Of a stretch of DNA of 32,000 nt, positions 17,252 through 28,200 are shown piece by piece (the first letter of the stretch is position 1; every line of letters begins with the position of its first letter). The position numbers and the translations under genes were made by a program. Under the pieces are notes generated by a model, which saw only the letters and a program-made list of their open reading frames with translations, was not told the origin of the DNA and did no database searches. The stretch is taken from positions 540,001 to 572,000 of the forward strand of contig NZ_CP026606.1 in assembly GCF_002945325.1 (NCBI RefSeq), written 5' to 3'. The DNA is from Methanococcus maripaludis. GTDB taxonomy: Archaea > AGJL01 > Methanococci > Methanococcales > Methanococcaceae.

Positions 17252-20200
17252 TTATTCAACAACTACTGGCCCATTTGCGGTCCATTCGACCATGATTGGT
17301 CCGTCTGGAAGTTCATCCAAAGTTTTAAAGTATTCTAAAGCAGCTTGTGTTCCTAATCTATCTGAACCTGCAATATATACAATAGTGTAGCTTTTAACGA
17401 TTTTTCCAGAATTGTCCTGAATAGTCATAACTTGAATAACCCCTTTGTTTTCTCCAGGGTAGTCGTTTGAAATTGGCATTTCAAACTGATCGTTGTATTC
17501 TCTCGCAAATGGATTTGCTTTTGGTCCGCCAACAATTACTGCATTTCCAGAAATTTTGAATCCTTCTGCATTTTGTATTCTTTCTCTTAATTCTTCAGCA
17601 AATTGCTGATCGATTTCGTTTCCAAAGAGCACTGTTGCACTTGAAACGAAGTTTTTAATAACTTTTGAGTCTATTTCATCTGAAATATCTGAATCGTAAC
17701 TTCTTCCACCGCCACCGGAAGATCTTGTTGTATGGGTTGTTACTGGCGTGTAAGGAATAAGATCAATTCCCCACATTCCAATTAATGGTGCTGTATCGTT
17801 TTCTAAATAGTCGCTCTCATCGTCACATCCATATAGATAATAAGTATCCCCGATTCCATTTGCATCTGCGTCTGTTCCACTGTAATCAGACCAGTAGTTT
17901 CCAAGGAAATTACTGTAACTATTTCCGTTGTATTTATATTCAATTTTAAAAGGACTTAAGAAACTGTTTTTTCCAGTTTCTCCAGGAGTTATGCCCGAAA
18001 TATTTACTGTATCTGTGTAGATAAAGTTGTTTAAGTAAATATTACATCCTGTGACTTCATCGCCAATTATTAGAGGATATTCTGATGAATAGACCGTATT
18101 GTAAGAGATATTTGAATAGTCTTCATCACAATCATCTAAACGAATACCATATTCACTTGCAAGAACAGTGTTGTTGAAGACTGTTGCGTAAGCTCCTTCA
18201 CCCTCCCCATCAAAATCGATTGCATAATCGCTTGAGTTTGTTACAGTGTTGGATGAAATTATGGTATACAATCCGCAGGTGTATATCTCGTCTTCCACGG
18301 TGTTATTGGCGAGTGTGTTGTAATCTCCGTAAACGTAAATATAATCAGTTATTATGTTTGATGAGATTGTGTTATTATTCGAAAGATACTCCCAATCGCC
18401 CTCCATATCAATATAATCTACAGTGTTTGATGAGATTTTATTATTGTCTCCGATTAGTTCAATAGAGTTTACCGTGTTATTGAATATTATTGAATTATTT
18501 AATCCATCGTCATATGCTAAATAAAATCTATTTTCCACAGTATTGGTGGAAATCGTATTATATTCTCCGCTAACTTCAACATCATACGCAGTGTTTGAAG
18601 AAATCGTGTTATACTCCCCGTAAACTCCAACATACTGTGCAGTGTTTGAAGATACATTTGAATTTGAAGCTGTTATGTAAATACTGCTTGAAGTCATTAA
18701 ATTTTTAACAGTTACATTTTCAAGCATGTTTTCAGTATTTGAATAGACTACGTAGTCTCCAGTCTTATTTAACCAGTGATTGTTTCCATCAAAAGTTACA
18801 TTATCAGATTCAATCACTATAAACTTATAAATTGATGAATCGTTTACATAATCGCAGTCCAGTATGTAGTAACCCGGGGTAGTAATTACGACGTATGCAC
18901 TACCGCCTCCAGTATAAGGACTTACGCTTGTAAAGTTTTCTTCAGTAATATGGATCATTCCATCATTGTAATCCACTTTTGGAGCATTTGATGTAAGATC
19001 TACACCCCAAATTCCAGCAAGTGGTTTTGTATCGTTTGTATAGTTTTCTGTGTATGGCGTATCGATTATACCGTCACCATTCGTATCAGCTTCTAAATAT
19101 CCAGCCCAGTAGTTTCCAAGAACGCCCGAGTATGGATTTCCATTGTAATAATAAGTTATATTTTCACTTGAAACAAAATAGTTGTTTGTTCCGTTGTTTA
19201 TTAATCCATCAATGTTGTTTTGGTAGAATCTAACGCCTTGACAGTGTATAATATCTATTGCGTAAGATTGCTCTGATGTGATGTTATTTCTATAAATATT
19301 TGAGTTAGGTCCAGATAACCAGTAAGAAAGTTTAATTGCTTCAGAACCTTCACCAGCTACAGTAATATTGTTATCGTAGAATTCATAATTTCCAGAATCG
19401 CCAGAAAGATAAATACCAAATGCTTGGCTACCTGAGATTGTGAAATTATTACCATATAATTCATTATTGTTAAAGTCTGAATTGGGGTATAACCCGCACG
19501 GCTTATTTCCGGTTAAGGTTATTGTATTGTTAGCCATTATTGTGTTGGTAAAATCGTCGTTACAGAATATACCGTAAGATTCAGTAACACCTTCACCTTT
19601 GAGTGTATTTCCTGAAATCGTGTTTGTTGCAATATTTTCATAAGCATAAATACCGTAAGCATTCTTATTAGAAGAGTTAACTGTAATGTTATTTCCAGTA
19701 ATTGTGCTAGTTAATATGCTGCCATAATCATAAATCCCATAAGTATCTACTGCTTCAGAAATCGCAGATATTACATTTTTTGAGATATTTGTATTTACTA
19801 TGTCATCGTATACGCAAATGCCCATAGAATTAGATGGAGCATCCGTATTAATTATATTTCCAGTAATTGTGCTATCTTGAATATACCCTTTCGCCCAAAG
19901 ACCTACTGAATACTCTCCATTGGTATTGGCAGTAATATTATTTCCAGTAATTGTGCTATCTTGAATATACCCATCTACGTAAAAACTAATAGAATGATAA
20001 GCAGAATTAGCTGTAATGTTATTTTCTGAAATTGTACTATTTATCATATGAATATAAGAATAAATACCATAAGCTTCCGTCAAAGCGTCTGTAGTGCCTG
20101 TAATTGTATTTTCCATAATGGTTGTGTTAATCATACTGTCTAAACTGTAAATACAGTAAACAGTGCCTACAGAAGAGTTAGCTGTAAGCGTATTTCTCAA

Positions 20201-20617
20201 AATCGTGAGTTCATACGAATTTGCAATATCTACTGCAATACTCGTAGAATTTATAACTGAATTTTCCACTTTTGATGAATCTGTGTCGTGGAAATAAACA
20301 CCGTAAGAAAATCCATTCGAAGCTATGTTTTGAATAGTAATGTTTTTGGAATTTTCAACATTTATAAAATAGGTTCCACTTCCAGAACCGTTAATTGAAA
20401 ATCCATTACCCTCTATTGTAATATTTTCTCCGGTGATATTTATCCCGTTTAATCCAGTAATATTTACATTTTCAGTTAAATAATAAGTTCCAGGATAAGA
20501 AATACTCACAGTTCCTGAATCAAAATCGCTTTGCTCTAAATCATAATTAATATCCACTGCATTAACGCCCCCTAGCGCGAAAAGCAGTAGTAAAAATAAT
20601 AAACATTTTTTTATCAA
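17252..20617 (-). CDS. Large secreted surface protein: NosD-like parallel beta-helix repeats plus S-layer-like C-terminal domain
   Basis: 1121 aa; signal peptide MIKKCLLFLLLLFALGGVNA; repeated 'DSTITGNNITAN' / 'YGIY' units; C-terminus 'VIVGGPKANPFAREYNDQFEMPISNDYPGENKGVIQV...IAGSDRLGTQAALEYFKTLDELPDGPIMVEWTANGPVVVE'. Confidence 0.88.
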   Translation of the reverse strand: MIKKCLLFLLLLFALGGVNAVDINYDLEQSDFDSGTVSISYPGTYYLTENVNITGLNGINITGENITIEGNGFSINGSGSGTYFINVENSKNITIQNIASNGFSYGVYFHDTDSSKVENSVINSTSIAVDIANSYELTILRNTLTANSSVGTVYCIYSLDSMINTTIMENTITGTTDALTEAYGIYSYIHMINSTISENNITANSAYHSISFYVDGYIQDSTITGNNITANTNGEYSVGLWAKGYIQDSTITGNIINTDAPSNSMGICVYDDIVNTNISKNVISAISEAVDTYGIYDYGSILTSTITGNNITVNSSNKNAYGIYAYENIATNTISGNTLKGEGVTESYGIFCNDDFTNTIMANNTITLTGNKPCGLYPNSDFNNNELYGNNFTISGSQAFGIYLSGDSGNYEFYDNNITVAGEGSEAIKLSYWLSGPNSNIYRNNITSEQSYAIDIIHCQGVRFYQNNIDGLINNGTNNYFVSSENITYYYNGNPYSGVLGNYWAGYLEADTNGDGIIDTPYTENYTNDTKPLAGIWGVDLTSNAPKVDYNDGMIHITEENFTSVSPYTGGGSAYVVITTPGYYILDCDYVNDSSIYKFIVIESDNVTFDGNNHWLNKTGDYVVYSNTENMLENVTVKNLMTSSSIYITASNSNVSSNTAQYVGVYGEYNTISSNTAYDVEVSGEYNTISTNTVENRFYLAYDDGLNNSIIFNNTVNSIELIGDNNKISSNTVDYIDMEGDWEYLSNNNTISSNIITDYIYVYGDYNTLANNTVEDEIYTCGLYTIISSNTVTNSSDYAIDFDGEGEGAYATVFNNTVLASEYGIRLDDCDEDYSNISYNTVYSSEYPLIIGDEVTGCNIYLNNFIYTDTVNISGITPGETGKNSFLSPFKIEYKYNGNSYSNFLGNYWSDYSGTDADANGIGDTYYLYGCDDESDYLENDTAPLIGMWGIDLIPYTPVTTHTTRSSGGGGRSYDSDISDEIDSKVIKNFVSSATVLFGNEIDQQFAEELRERIQNAEGFKISGNAVIVGGPKANPFAREYNDQFEMPISNDYPGENKGVIQVMTIQDNSGKIVKSYTIVYIAGSDRLGTQAALEYFKTLDELPDGPIMVEWTANGPVVVE
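19861..20000. repeat. 84-bp period internal repeats in the beta-helix coding region
   Basis: 'cagtaattgtgctatcttgaatataccc' at 19861 and again at 19945 (spacing 84 bp = 28 codons); looser variants flank it. Confidence 0.75.
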
Positions 20618-20762
20618 GTGTTCACCCCGAACATTTTAATACATGCCTAAAAATATGTTAAATATTTGAGAGTTATGATTTTTCTAATTTATATTTTTAA
20701 CGTCAATATTAAGAAAAATTGGTTAATGAAGGATATTTTAAAAAATTTAAAAAAAGAAAGGA

Positions 20763-21461
20763 TTATTCTTCGACAATTTCAAGTCCAGGCATTAAAACAT
20801 TTTTATTTTTCAAATAAAGCCTGTAATCAATGATTTTTGACGTTGTCTCAATTATTTTTTTAGAATATAATGGATCAGCGATTGTATTTAAAAATCCCCT
20901 CAAATCCCCTAGAGCCTTTATTCCATAAATATCGTTTGCACCGCTCGAAATTACAACCGGAGTGTCGTATTTTTTAGCAAGCTTTAGGTTCCTTTGAAAT
21001 GCCCAAAGAATTTTTGATCTATCATAATTTTTGCTTTTTAAAAGATTTCCAAAATTTAATTCAACCGCAACTCGGTTTGTACTGCCGAGTCTTGCAAGGA
21101 TGTGGTCAAGCCCATTATCCATTCTATTTAATTCGGGGGTCGATAAAATATCAACATCGTTCATTTCAAGAACTCTCCTGTTTATTTTAACATCCCCGCC
21201 TTCAACAAGTAAAATATCAACTTTGTTTCTATATTTTTTAACCGCTTTTTCCATTTCATTTTGATTTTTTGTTGAAATTTTTACTCCAGAATACACTTTA
21301 AATTCGCAATTTTCCCCGTATTCAACTGCAGTATTGATTTTTTCTTCAGAATATTCATTATGATTTTGAACTGCAACGCTACCGTCCCATCCAAATCGTT
21401 TTAACGTTTTTATTCCTTCTTCGTCAAAAATATGATTTATATCAAAAATTCCTTCAAGCAT
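20763..21461 (-). CDS. rnp3: Ribonuclease P protein component 3 (Rpp30)
   Basis: 'YSGVKISTKNQNEMEKAVKKYRNKVDILLVEGGDVKINRRVLEMNDVDILSTPEL...GLDHILARLGSTNRVAVELNF'. Confidence 0.88.
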   Translation of the reverse strand: MLEGIFDINHIFDEEGIKTLKRFGWDGSVAVQNHNEYSEEKINTAVEYGENCEFKVYSGVKISTKNQNEMEKAVKKYRNKVDILLVEGGDVKINRRVLEMNDVDILSTPELNRMDNGLDHILARLGSTNRVAVELNFGNLLKSKNYDRSKILWAFQRNLKLAKKYDTPVVISSGANDIYGIKALGDLRGFLNTIADPLYSKKIIETTSKIIDYRLYLKNKNVLMPGLEIVEE

Positions 21462-21516
21462 TAAATCCCCTGAAATTAAATTAACTGGTAATAAAATAAA
21501 AAAATTAAAAAAGAAC

Positions 21517-21810
21517 TTAGTATCTATCTTGTGGAGTTTTTACTTCGTCGATGATCTTTTTACCTGCTGCAACCTCATCGATACTGTGGATTACTCCGTT
21601 CATGGATTCAATAATTGCTTTTATTGCATCGTAGTCAAGATTGAATCCTTCAATTGTGATTTTAATATTTTCGGTAGATTTGTCTATTTCGTAAACTGTT
21701 ACGTTTACACCATCAATACCATCTACAGAACATAATTTAACTGCTAAATCGGTTAATTTCGGCTCGTGTGTTTTTAAAACATCCAGAACCATTCTCCTTA
21801 ACTTGGTCAA
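21517..21810 (-). CDS. DUF211 family protein
   Basis: 'MTKLRRMVLDVLKTHEPKLTDLAVKLCSVDGIDGVNVTVYEIDKSTENIKITIEG'. Confidence 0.85.
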   Translation of the reverse strand: MTKLRRMVLDVLKTHEPKLTDLAVKLCSVDGIDGVNVTVYEIDKSTENIKITIEGFNLDYDAIKAIIESMNGVIHSIDEVAAGKKIIDEVKTPQDRY

Positions 21811-22070
21811 AAATATCCTCCTCTAAATACAACCTGCTATTTTTGAGATATTTTGGGTTTTCATTTCTCTCTAATTTAAAAGAGCTATTATTTATATTTA
21901 TAGTTGTATCCTCATATTCTATATATTATTTGTAGTGCAAATTTATATTACGAATTAATATCTTTTTATTTATAACTCATCAAATATTTTAACCTCGAAA
22001 TTTTTTAAAATTTGAGAATAAATCTTAGAATATCAAATTAGTAATAAAAACCACACTTTAAAGTGATATC

Positions 22071-23171
22071 ATGATTTTACATCCAAGACCTTCCCCGATT
22101 GCGGCCGCAATGTACCAATTAAGGGATATCGGCGTTGATGCGATTATTCTCCACGGGCCAAGTGGATGCTGTTTTAGAACTGCGAGACTTCTTGAAATTG
22201 ATGGAATACGAGTTTTTACCAGTGCAATGGGTGAAAATGATTTTATTTTTGGTGCAATGGATAAATTAAGAGATGTAATAGCGGAAGTTTTGGAATATTT
22301 AAAAAAAGAAACTCCAAAAAGCGAAAAATACAAAATTGGAATCGTTGGAACCTGCGCAAGCATGATCATTGGAGAAGACCTTGAAAGCCTCGTCGATGAC
22401 TTCGAGGATATAATAATTCCCGTAGACATTCACAGCGGACTTGTTGATAACACGGTTGGTGCAATAAGGGCAATGGATGGCGCGCTAAATGCAGGGTTAA
22501 TTGACTATTCCGAATACGAAAGGCAGAAAAAAATGCTTGTTTGTGCAACTGACGTTGAAAAAAAGCGAGGAATGGCAAAAAATAGGTATTTAAAACCAAC
22601 ATATGAAGACGACCTTGAAAAAATTATGAATATTTTAAAAGAAACAGATTCAAAAATAAAAAAGGGCAAAGATGTAAAAATTGCCTGTGTTTTGAATGCG
22701 AAAAAAGAAACTGCGTATTTATTTTCAGACCCACTTTTAGAAATGAATAGACATTTCAAATGCATCAATATTGCAAATCTCGATGAAAATATCGGTTTTG
22801 ATAAAGTAAGGGCTGACGCTAAAAATATTTTAGAAGAATTTAGTAAATGCGGATTTAAAATAGACTACATCACGGGCGGACTTGACGAATACCCGATAAC
22901 TGGTGAAAAAGCATTGGATTACCTAAAAGAAATTAATCCAGATATTGTTGTTGTGTCAGGAGTTCCTCATGCATTATTAATTGAAAATCTAAAAGAAATT
23001 AATCCCGATGTAATAACAGTTGGTATAAGTGATGGCCCAAGGCTTTATCATCCAATAAAAGAAGTTTATAGTTATGGAATAATCGAACTCGATGCCCATG
23101 CAAAGGTTTTGGGTAAGAAAAATATTGTAAAATCAAGATTTGGAGAAATTTTGAGTTTTATGAAATTCTAA
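22071..23171 (+). CDS. cfbD: Ni-sirohydrochlorin a,c-diamide reductive cyclase catalytic subunit CfbD (NifD-like, coenzyme F430 synthesis)
   Basis: 'MILHPRPSPIAAAMYQLRDIGVDAIILHGPSGCCFRTARLLEIDGIRVFTSAMGENDFIFG...IGIVGTCASMIIGED'. Confidence 0.9.
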   Translation: MILHPRPSPIAAAMYQLRDIGVDAIILHGPSGCCFRTARLLEIDGIRVFTSAMGENDFIFGAMDKLRDVIAEVLEYLKKETPKSEKYKIGIVGTCASMIIGEDLESLVDDFEDIIIPVDIHSGLVDNTVGAIRAMDGALNAGLIDYSEYERQKKMLVCATDVEKKRGMAKNRYLKPTYEDDLEKIMNILKETDSKIKKGKDVKIACVLNAKKETAYLFSDPLLEMNRHFKCINIANLDENIGFDKVRADAKNILEEFSKCGFKIDYITGGLDEYPITGEKALDYLKEINPDIVVVSGVPHALLIENLKEINPDVITVGISDGPRLYHPIKEVYSYGIIELDAHAKVLGKKNIVKSRFGEILSFMKF

Positions 23172-23260
23172 AAATTTTCTTTTTTAAATAGTCAAATATT
23201 AATAAAATCATGGAAATATTTTAATTGAATTTAATATTATCATTTTTACGAGGGAAAATA

Positions 23261-24208
23261 ATGCAAAAACCATGGGTTGAAAAATACAGGCCAGAAACAC
23301 TTTCCGAAGTTGTTGGGCACCATGAAATTATCAAAAGACTTACAAATTACGTTGAAAAAAAGTCAATGCCCCACTTGCTCTTTAGTGGATCCCCAGGAGT
23401 TGGAAAAACAACGGCAGCACTCGCTCTTGCAAAAGATTTATATGGCGACACTTGGAGAGAAAATTTTCTCGAATTAAACAGTTCCGATGAAAGAGGAATT
23501 GATGTAATCAGAACCAAAGTAAAAGACTTTGCAAGAACAAAACCTATCGGGGATGCACCGTTTAAAGTCATATTTTTAGATGAAAGTGATGCTTTAACTT
23601 CAGATGCTCAAAACGCGCTTAGAAGAACCATGGAAAAATATTCCGATATCTGCAGGTTTATTTTAAGCTGTAACTACCCAAGTAAAATTATTCCTCCAAT
23701 TCAGTCAAGATGTGCAATCTTTAGATTTTCACCGTTAAAAACTGAAGATTTAGTTGAAAATTTAAAAGATATTTCTGAAAAAGAAAATTTAAACCTTGAA
23801 AAAGGAGGGATCGATGCAATAATCTATGTTTCAGAAGGAGACATGAGAAAAGCAATTAACGTTTTACAAACCGCAGCTGCAGTTTCTGATGAAATAACCG
23901 AAGAAATAGTTTATAAAGTTGCTTCAAAAGCAAGACCTGATGAAATTAAAAAAATGACGCAACTTGCATTAAATGGAAAATTCGTTGAAGCAAGAGAACA
24001 GCTCTACAACTTAATGATCGACTGGGGAATGAGTGGTGAAGACATATTAATTCAGGTATTTAGGGAAGTTCCAAATTTAGATATTTCTGAAAAAGAAAAA
24101 GTACATTTAGTCGAAACAATTGGAGAATGCGATTTTAGAATCGTTGAAGGCTCAAACGAAAGAATACAGTTAAGTGCACTCCTTGCAAAAATGGGAATTT
24201 TAGAATAA
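23261..24208 (+). CDS. rfcS: Replication factor C small subunit (no intein)
   Basis: 'MQKPWVEKYRPETLSEVVGHHEIIKRL', Walker A GSPGVGKTT, 'FLDESDALTSDAQNALRRTME', 'SCNYPSKIIPPIQSRC'. ATG 23261 after GAGGG. Confidence 0.95.
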   Translation: MQKPWVEKYRPETLSEVVGHHEIIKRLTNYVEKKSMPHLLFSGSPGVGKTTAALALAKDLYGDTWRENFLELNSSDERGIDVIRTKVKDFARTKPIGDAPFKVIFLDESDALTSDAQNALRRTMEKYSDICRFILSCNYPSKIIPPIQSRCAIFRFSPLKTEDLVENLKDISEKENLNLEKGGIDAIIYVSEGDMRKAINVLQTAAAVSDEITEEIVYKVASKARPDEIKKMTQLALNGKFVEAREQLYNLMIDWGMSGEDILIQVFREVPNLDISEKEKVHLVETIGECDFRIVEGSNERIQLSALLAKMGILE

Positions 24209-25035
24209 ACTTTTTTTAAATTTTTTAAAATATTTTTCTAAATTAAATTTTCAAAAAATCAAAAGAAAAAAGAAATGTTATTTTTAAGTAGTTATTCAAC
24301 TAAAACTGGCCCATTTGCGGTCCATTTTACAGTTATTGGTTCACTTGGAAGTTCATCTAATGTTTTAAAGTATTCTAATGCAGCTTGTGTTCCGTATCTG
24401 TCACTTCCTGCAATATAGATTACCTGATAAGTTTTGATAAAGTTTCCAACGTGAACTTGTATATTTTGAATTTGGATAACTCCCCTGTTTTCTCCAGGAT
24501 TGTCGTTTGTAATTGCCACTCCAAATTCGGAATCGTATCTGTTAGCAAACCCGTTTGATTCTGGTCCACCAACAATTATCGTATCCCTTGAAAGTTCGTA
24601 ATTTTCTGAATTGTATAGGTTTTCCCTTAATTCTCCTGCGTATTCTCCGTCAATTTCGCTTCCGTATACAATATTGGAATTTGAAACTGCGTTTTTAATT
24701 ACAAATGAAGTAAATCCATCTGAAAGATCTGATGAATACGAACTTCCTCCACCGCCACCTGATGACGACCTAGGAACTGCAATGCTTATGCTTACATTTT
24801 CACTTGAATTTACGTTTCCTGCTAAATCTGTTGCAATGATTGTTATTTCGTAGTTTCCATTTGAAAGAGTTCCTGTATTTCCAGTGTAGTATTCTCCATC
24901 AAATGAAAGTGTTACGTTTCTAACGCTTCCAATTTTAGCAATAACTGATGAAACGTTTGATAATGAATCATTTGCTGTAACGTTTATCGCTGCAGAGCTT
25001 GAAGTATACGTTGTTCCATTTACTGGTTTGTTAAC

Positions 25036-26085
25036 CGTAACTTCTGGATTTACTGTGTCAACAGTAAAGCTTACAGTTTTGTTTACTTTATTTGAAGCAG
25101 TGTCGTTTGAGTACATTGTTACGTTGTAAACACCGTCAGCAAGTTCTGCTGAATTCAGGTAGTTTCCTGTACTGTTATCTAATGATATTTCAGTTGATCC
25201 GTTGAATGCAGTTACTGAATCGATGTAGTCTTCATCTACTGTGAAGTTAAGCACGTCTGATCCATTGTTGAAGTATTCTCCTTCAACTGTGTTAACTGTG
25301 ATTACTGGATCTGTTAAATCTACTCTAAAGGTTACGTTTTCACTTGAATTTACGTTTCCTGCTAAGTCAGTCGCGTATATTTTAACTGTGTTAAGTCCTT
25401 CGTTGAATATTTCACTAGTTAGGAAGTATCCAGTTGATCCATTTAAGGTAATGTTTTCTAAACCGTTTATTTCAGCTACAACTGATTGTAAGTTGATATC
25501 CGTTGCTGTAACGTTTAATATGCTTGAATTGTAGTTGTATGATTTTTCTACGGTGTTAACCGTAACTTCTGGATTTACTGTGTCAACAGTAAAGCTTACA
25601 GTTTTGTTTACTTTATTTGAAGCAGTGTCGTTTGAGTACATTGTTACGTTGTAAACACCGTCAGCAAGTTCTGCTGAATTCAGGTAGTTTCCTGTACTGT
25701 TATCTAATGATATTTCAGTTGATCCGTTGAATGCAGTTACTGAATCGATGTAGTCTTCATCTACTGTGAAGTTAAGCACGTCTGATCCATTGTTGAAGTA
25801 TTCTCCTTCAACTGTGTTAACTGTGATTACTGGATCTGTTAAATCTACTCTAAAGGTTACGTTTTCACTTGAATTTACGTTTCCTGCTAAGTCAGTCGCG
25901 TATATTTTAACTGTGTTAAGTCCTTCGTTGAATATTTCACTAGTTAGGAAGTATCCAGTTGATCCATTTAAGGTAATGTTTTCTAAACCGTTTATTTCAG
26001 CTACAACTGATTGTAAGTTGATATCCGTTGCTGTAACGTTTAATATGCTTGAATTGTAGTTGTATGATTTTTCTACGGTGTTAAC
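25036..26085. repeat. Two 525-bp (175-codon) tandem repeats, apparently near identical: 25036-25560 and 25561-26085
   Basis: 'cgtaacttctggatttactgtgtcaacagtaaagcttacag' starts at 25036 and 25561. By eye the sequence between matches throughout. Each unit encodes two Ig-like modules (PEVTVNTVEKSYNYNSSILNVTATD...TVSFTVDTVN). Confidence 0.9.
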
Positions 26086-28200
26086 CGTTATTGTTACTGT
26101 TGTTGTTAAAAGTTACAGTTTTTGTTACTTTATTTGTTGTTGTTGTTTGCGTTGTTGTTTTGTTGTTGTTTTGTTGTTTTTGTTGTTGTTTTTGTTTGTT
26201 GTTTGTTGTTTTGTTGTTGTTACTTGTTGTTGTTGTTTATCTACTTGTTCCATTGTTTTATTTGTTGTTACTTTTGTTGTGTGTTGTTATTCTTGTTGTT
26301 TTGTTGTTGTTGTTATTGTTGTTGTTATTTTTGTTTTCTACGATTATTGTTGATGTTATTGTTTGTTTCTATTTCATTATTGTTGTTTATTGTTGTTGTT
26401 GTTGTTATTCCATTGTTGTTGTTGTTATTGTTGTTGTTGTTGTTCCATTATTTGTGTTTATTGTTGTTTTGTTATTGTGTGTTGTTTGTTGTTATTGTTG
26501 TTTTTATTTGTTATTGTTGTTTTTATTGTTACGTTGTTTGTTGTTGTTGTTGTTGTTGTTGTTTTATTATTGTTTGTTGTTGTTTTTTGTTGTTGTTGTT
26601 GTTATTCTTCATTTATTGTTGTTGTTTTATTGTTGATATTGTTTTTTTTTTGTTTTATTTTTGTTGTTATTGTTGTTGTTATTGTTATTGTTGTTGTTTC
26701 ATTTGTTGTTGTTTTGTTCCATTTGTTATGTTGTTTTATTGTTGTTGTTGTTAAACCGTTTTCATTTGTTGTTATTATTTGTTATTGTTATTGTTTTAAC
26801 CGTTTGTTTTGTGTTGTTGATTTTATTGTTTGTTGTTTGTTGTTGTTATTTGTTGTTGTTGTTTTGTTTCTTGTTGTTGTTATTGTTTGTTATTTTTATT
26901 GTTGTTGTTGTTAAAAGCTTTTTTTGTTTACTTTATTTTATTATTATTATTGTTGTTGTTTGAGTTATTATTGTTATTGTTGTTTTTTGTTGTTTGTTTC
27001 TGCTGAATTCATTAGTTTCCTGTTGTTGTTGTTCTTGTTGATATTTCATTGATCCGTTGAATGCAGTTACTGAATCGATGTATTTTGTTACTGTTGATTG
27101 TTATTTGTTGTTGTTGTTATTGTTGTTATTCTCCTTCAACTTGTTATTGTGATTATTGGATTTTTTATTAAAGGTTGTTTTTCACTTGAATTTACGTTTC
27201 CTTGTTGTCATTCGCGTATATTTTAACTTTTAAGTCCTTCGTTGAATATTTTATTATTATTGTTATTATCCAGTTGATCCATTTATTGTTGTTTTTAAAC
27301 CGTTTTTGTTCATTTTTATTGTTGTTGATATCCGTTGTTGTTAACGTTTTATTATTGTTTGTTGTTATTGTTTTTGTTTTTTTGTTGTTAACCGTTATTG
27401 TTGTTGTTGTTTGTTGTTATTTTATTGTTGTTATTTACTTTGTTGTGTTTGTTGTTGTTGTTGTTTGTTATTGTTGTTGTTGTTTTTGTTTTGTTGTTAT
27501 TGTTGTTATTGTTTTGTTATTTGTTGTTTATTTTATTGTTATTGTTGTTGTTGTTGTTTTGTTATTGTTGTTGTTGTTTTTTGTTGTTTGTTGTTGTTGT
27601 TGTTTTTTGTTGTTGTTGTTGTTTTTTTTATTGTTGTTATTATTGTTATTGTTGTTGTTTGTTATTGTTGTTTTGTTGTTATTGAATTGTTTTGTTAATT
27701 GTGTTAATTTATTTGTTGTTGTTATTTTGTTGGATTTATTGTTTTTATTGTTAAAGTTGTGTGTTTTCACTGTTGTTGTTATTGTTTTTTGTTGTTGTTT
27801 GTGTGTTGATTGTTATTTTTAATGTGTTAAGTCCTTTTAATGTTATTATTGTTGTTATTACGTTATTGTTGTTGTTGTTGTTTGATCCATTTTGTTGTTT
27901 TTTTTGTTTTATTTTTGTTTGTGTGTTGTTGAACTGATTGTTATTTGATATCCGTTGTTTTGTTGTTATTATTGTTGTGTTATTGAATTTGTTGTTGTTG
28001 TGATTTTTTTTGTTGAATGTTGTTGTTGTTGTTTACTGTTGTTGTTTTACTGTTGTTGTTTATTATTGTTGTTGTTGTTTTTGTTTTGTTTTATTTGTTG
28101 TTGTTGTTGTTGTTTTGTTGTTTGTTGTTTTTGTTATTGTTGTTTTGATGTTGTTGTTTCTGTTCTTCAGGTAGTTTTGTTGTGTAACTGTGTTATTTCA
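26086..28200. repeat. Degenerate (TTG/TTA)n-like low-complexity block retaining colinear fragments of the 525-bp repeat
   Basis: Direct reading: almost entirely T/G/A trinucleotide runs, with islands such as 'gatccgttgaatgcagttactgaatcgatgta' (about 27051), 'ttcacttgaatttacgtttcc' (27181) and 'gatatccgttg' (27327, 27946). Confidence 0.9.

Noticed and set aside
18184-19233. ORFs 18184..18465(+) and 19021..19233(+)
   Set aside because: Antisense to the beta-helix repeats; Leu/Arg/Tyr-rich artefacts of repeated codons.
19600-20300. CRISPR-like impression from regularly spaced similar segments
   Set aside because: The repeats are coding (84-bp/28-codon beta-helix rungs) with variable 'spacers' that are also coding and in frame. 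No CRISPR-type repeat hairpin or leader.
27528-27770. Minus-strand Asn/Thr/Gln-rich ORF that could be read as a prion-like poly-N protein
   Set aside because: It lies in the degenerate repeat block, and its composition switches among N, T and Q as the triplet phase slips. Best explained as corrupted Ig-repeat sequence.
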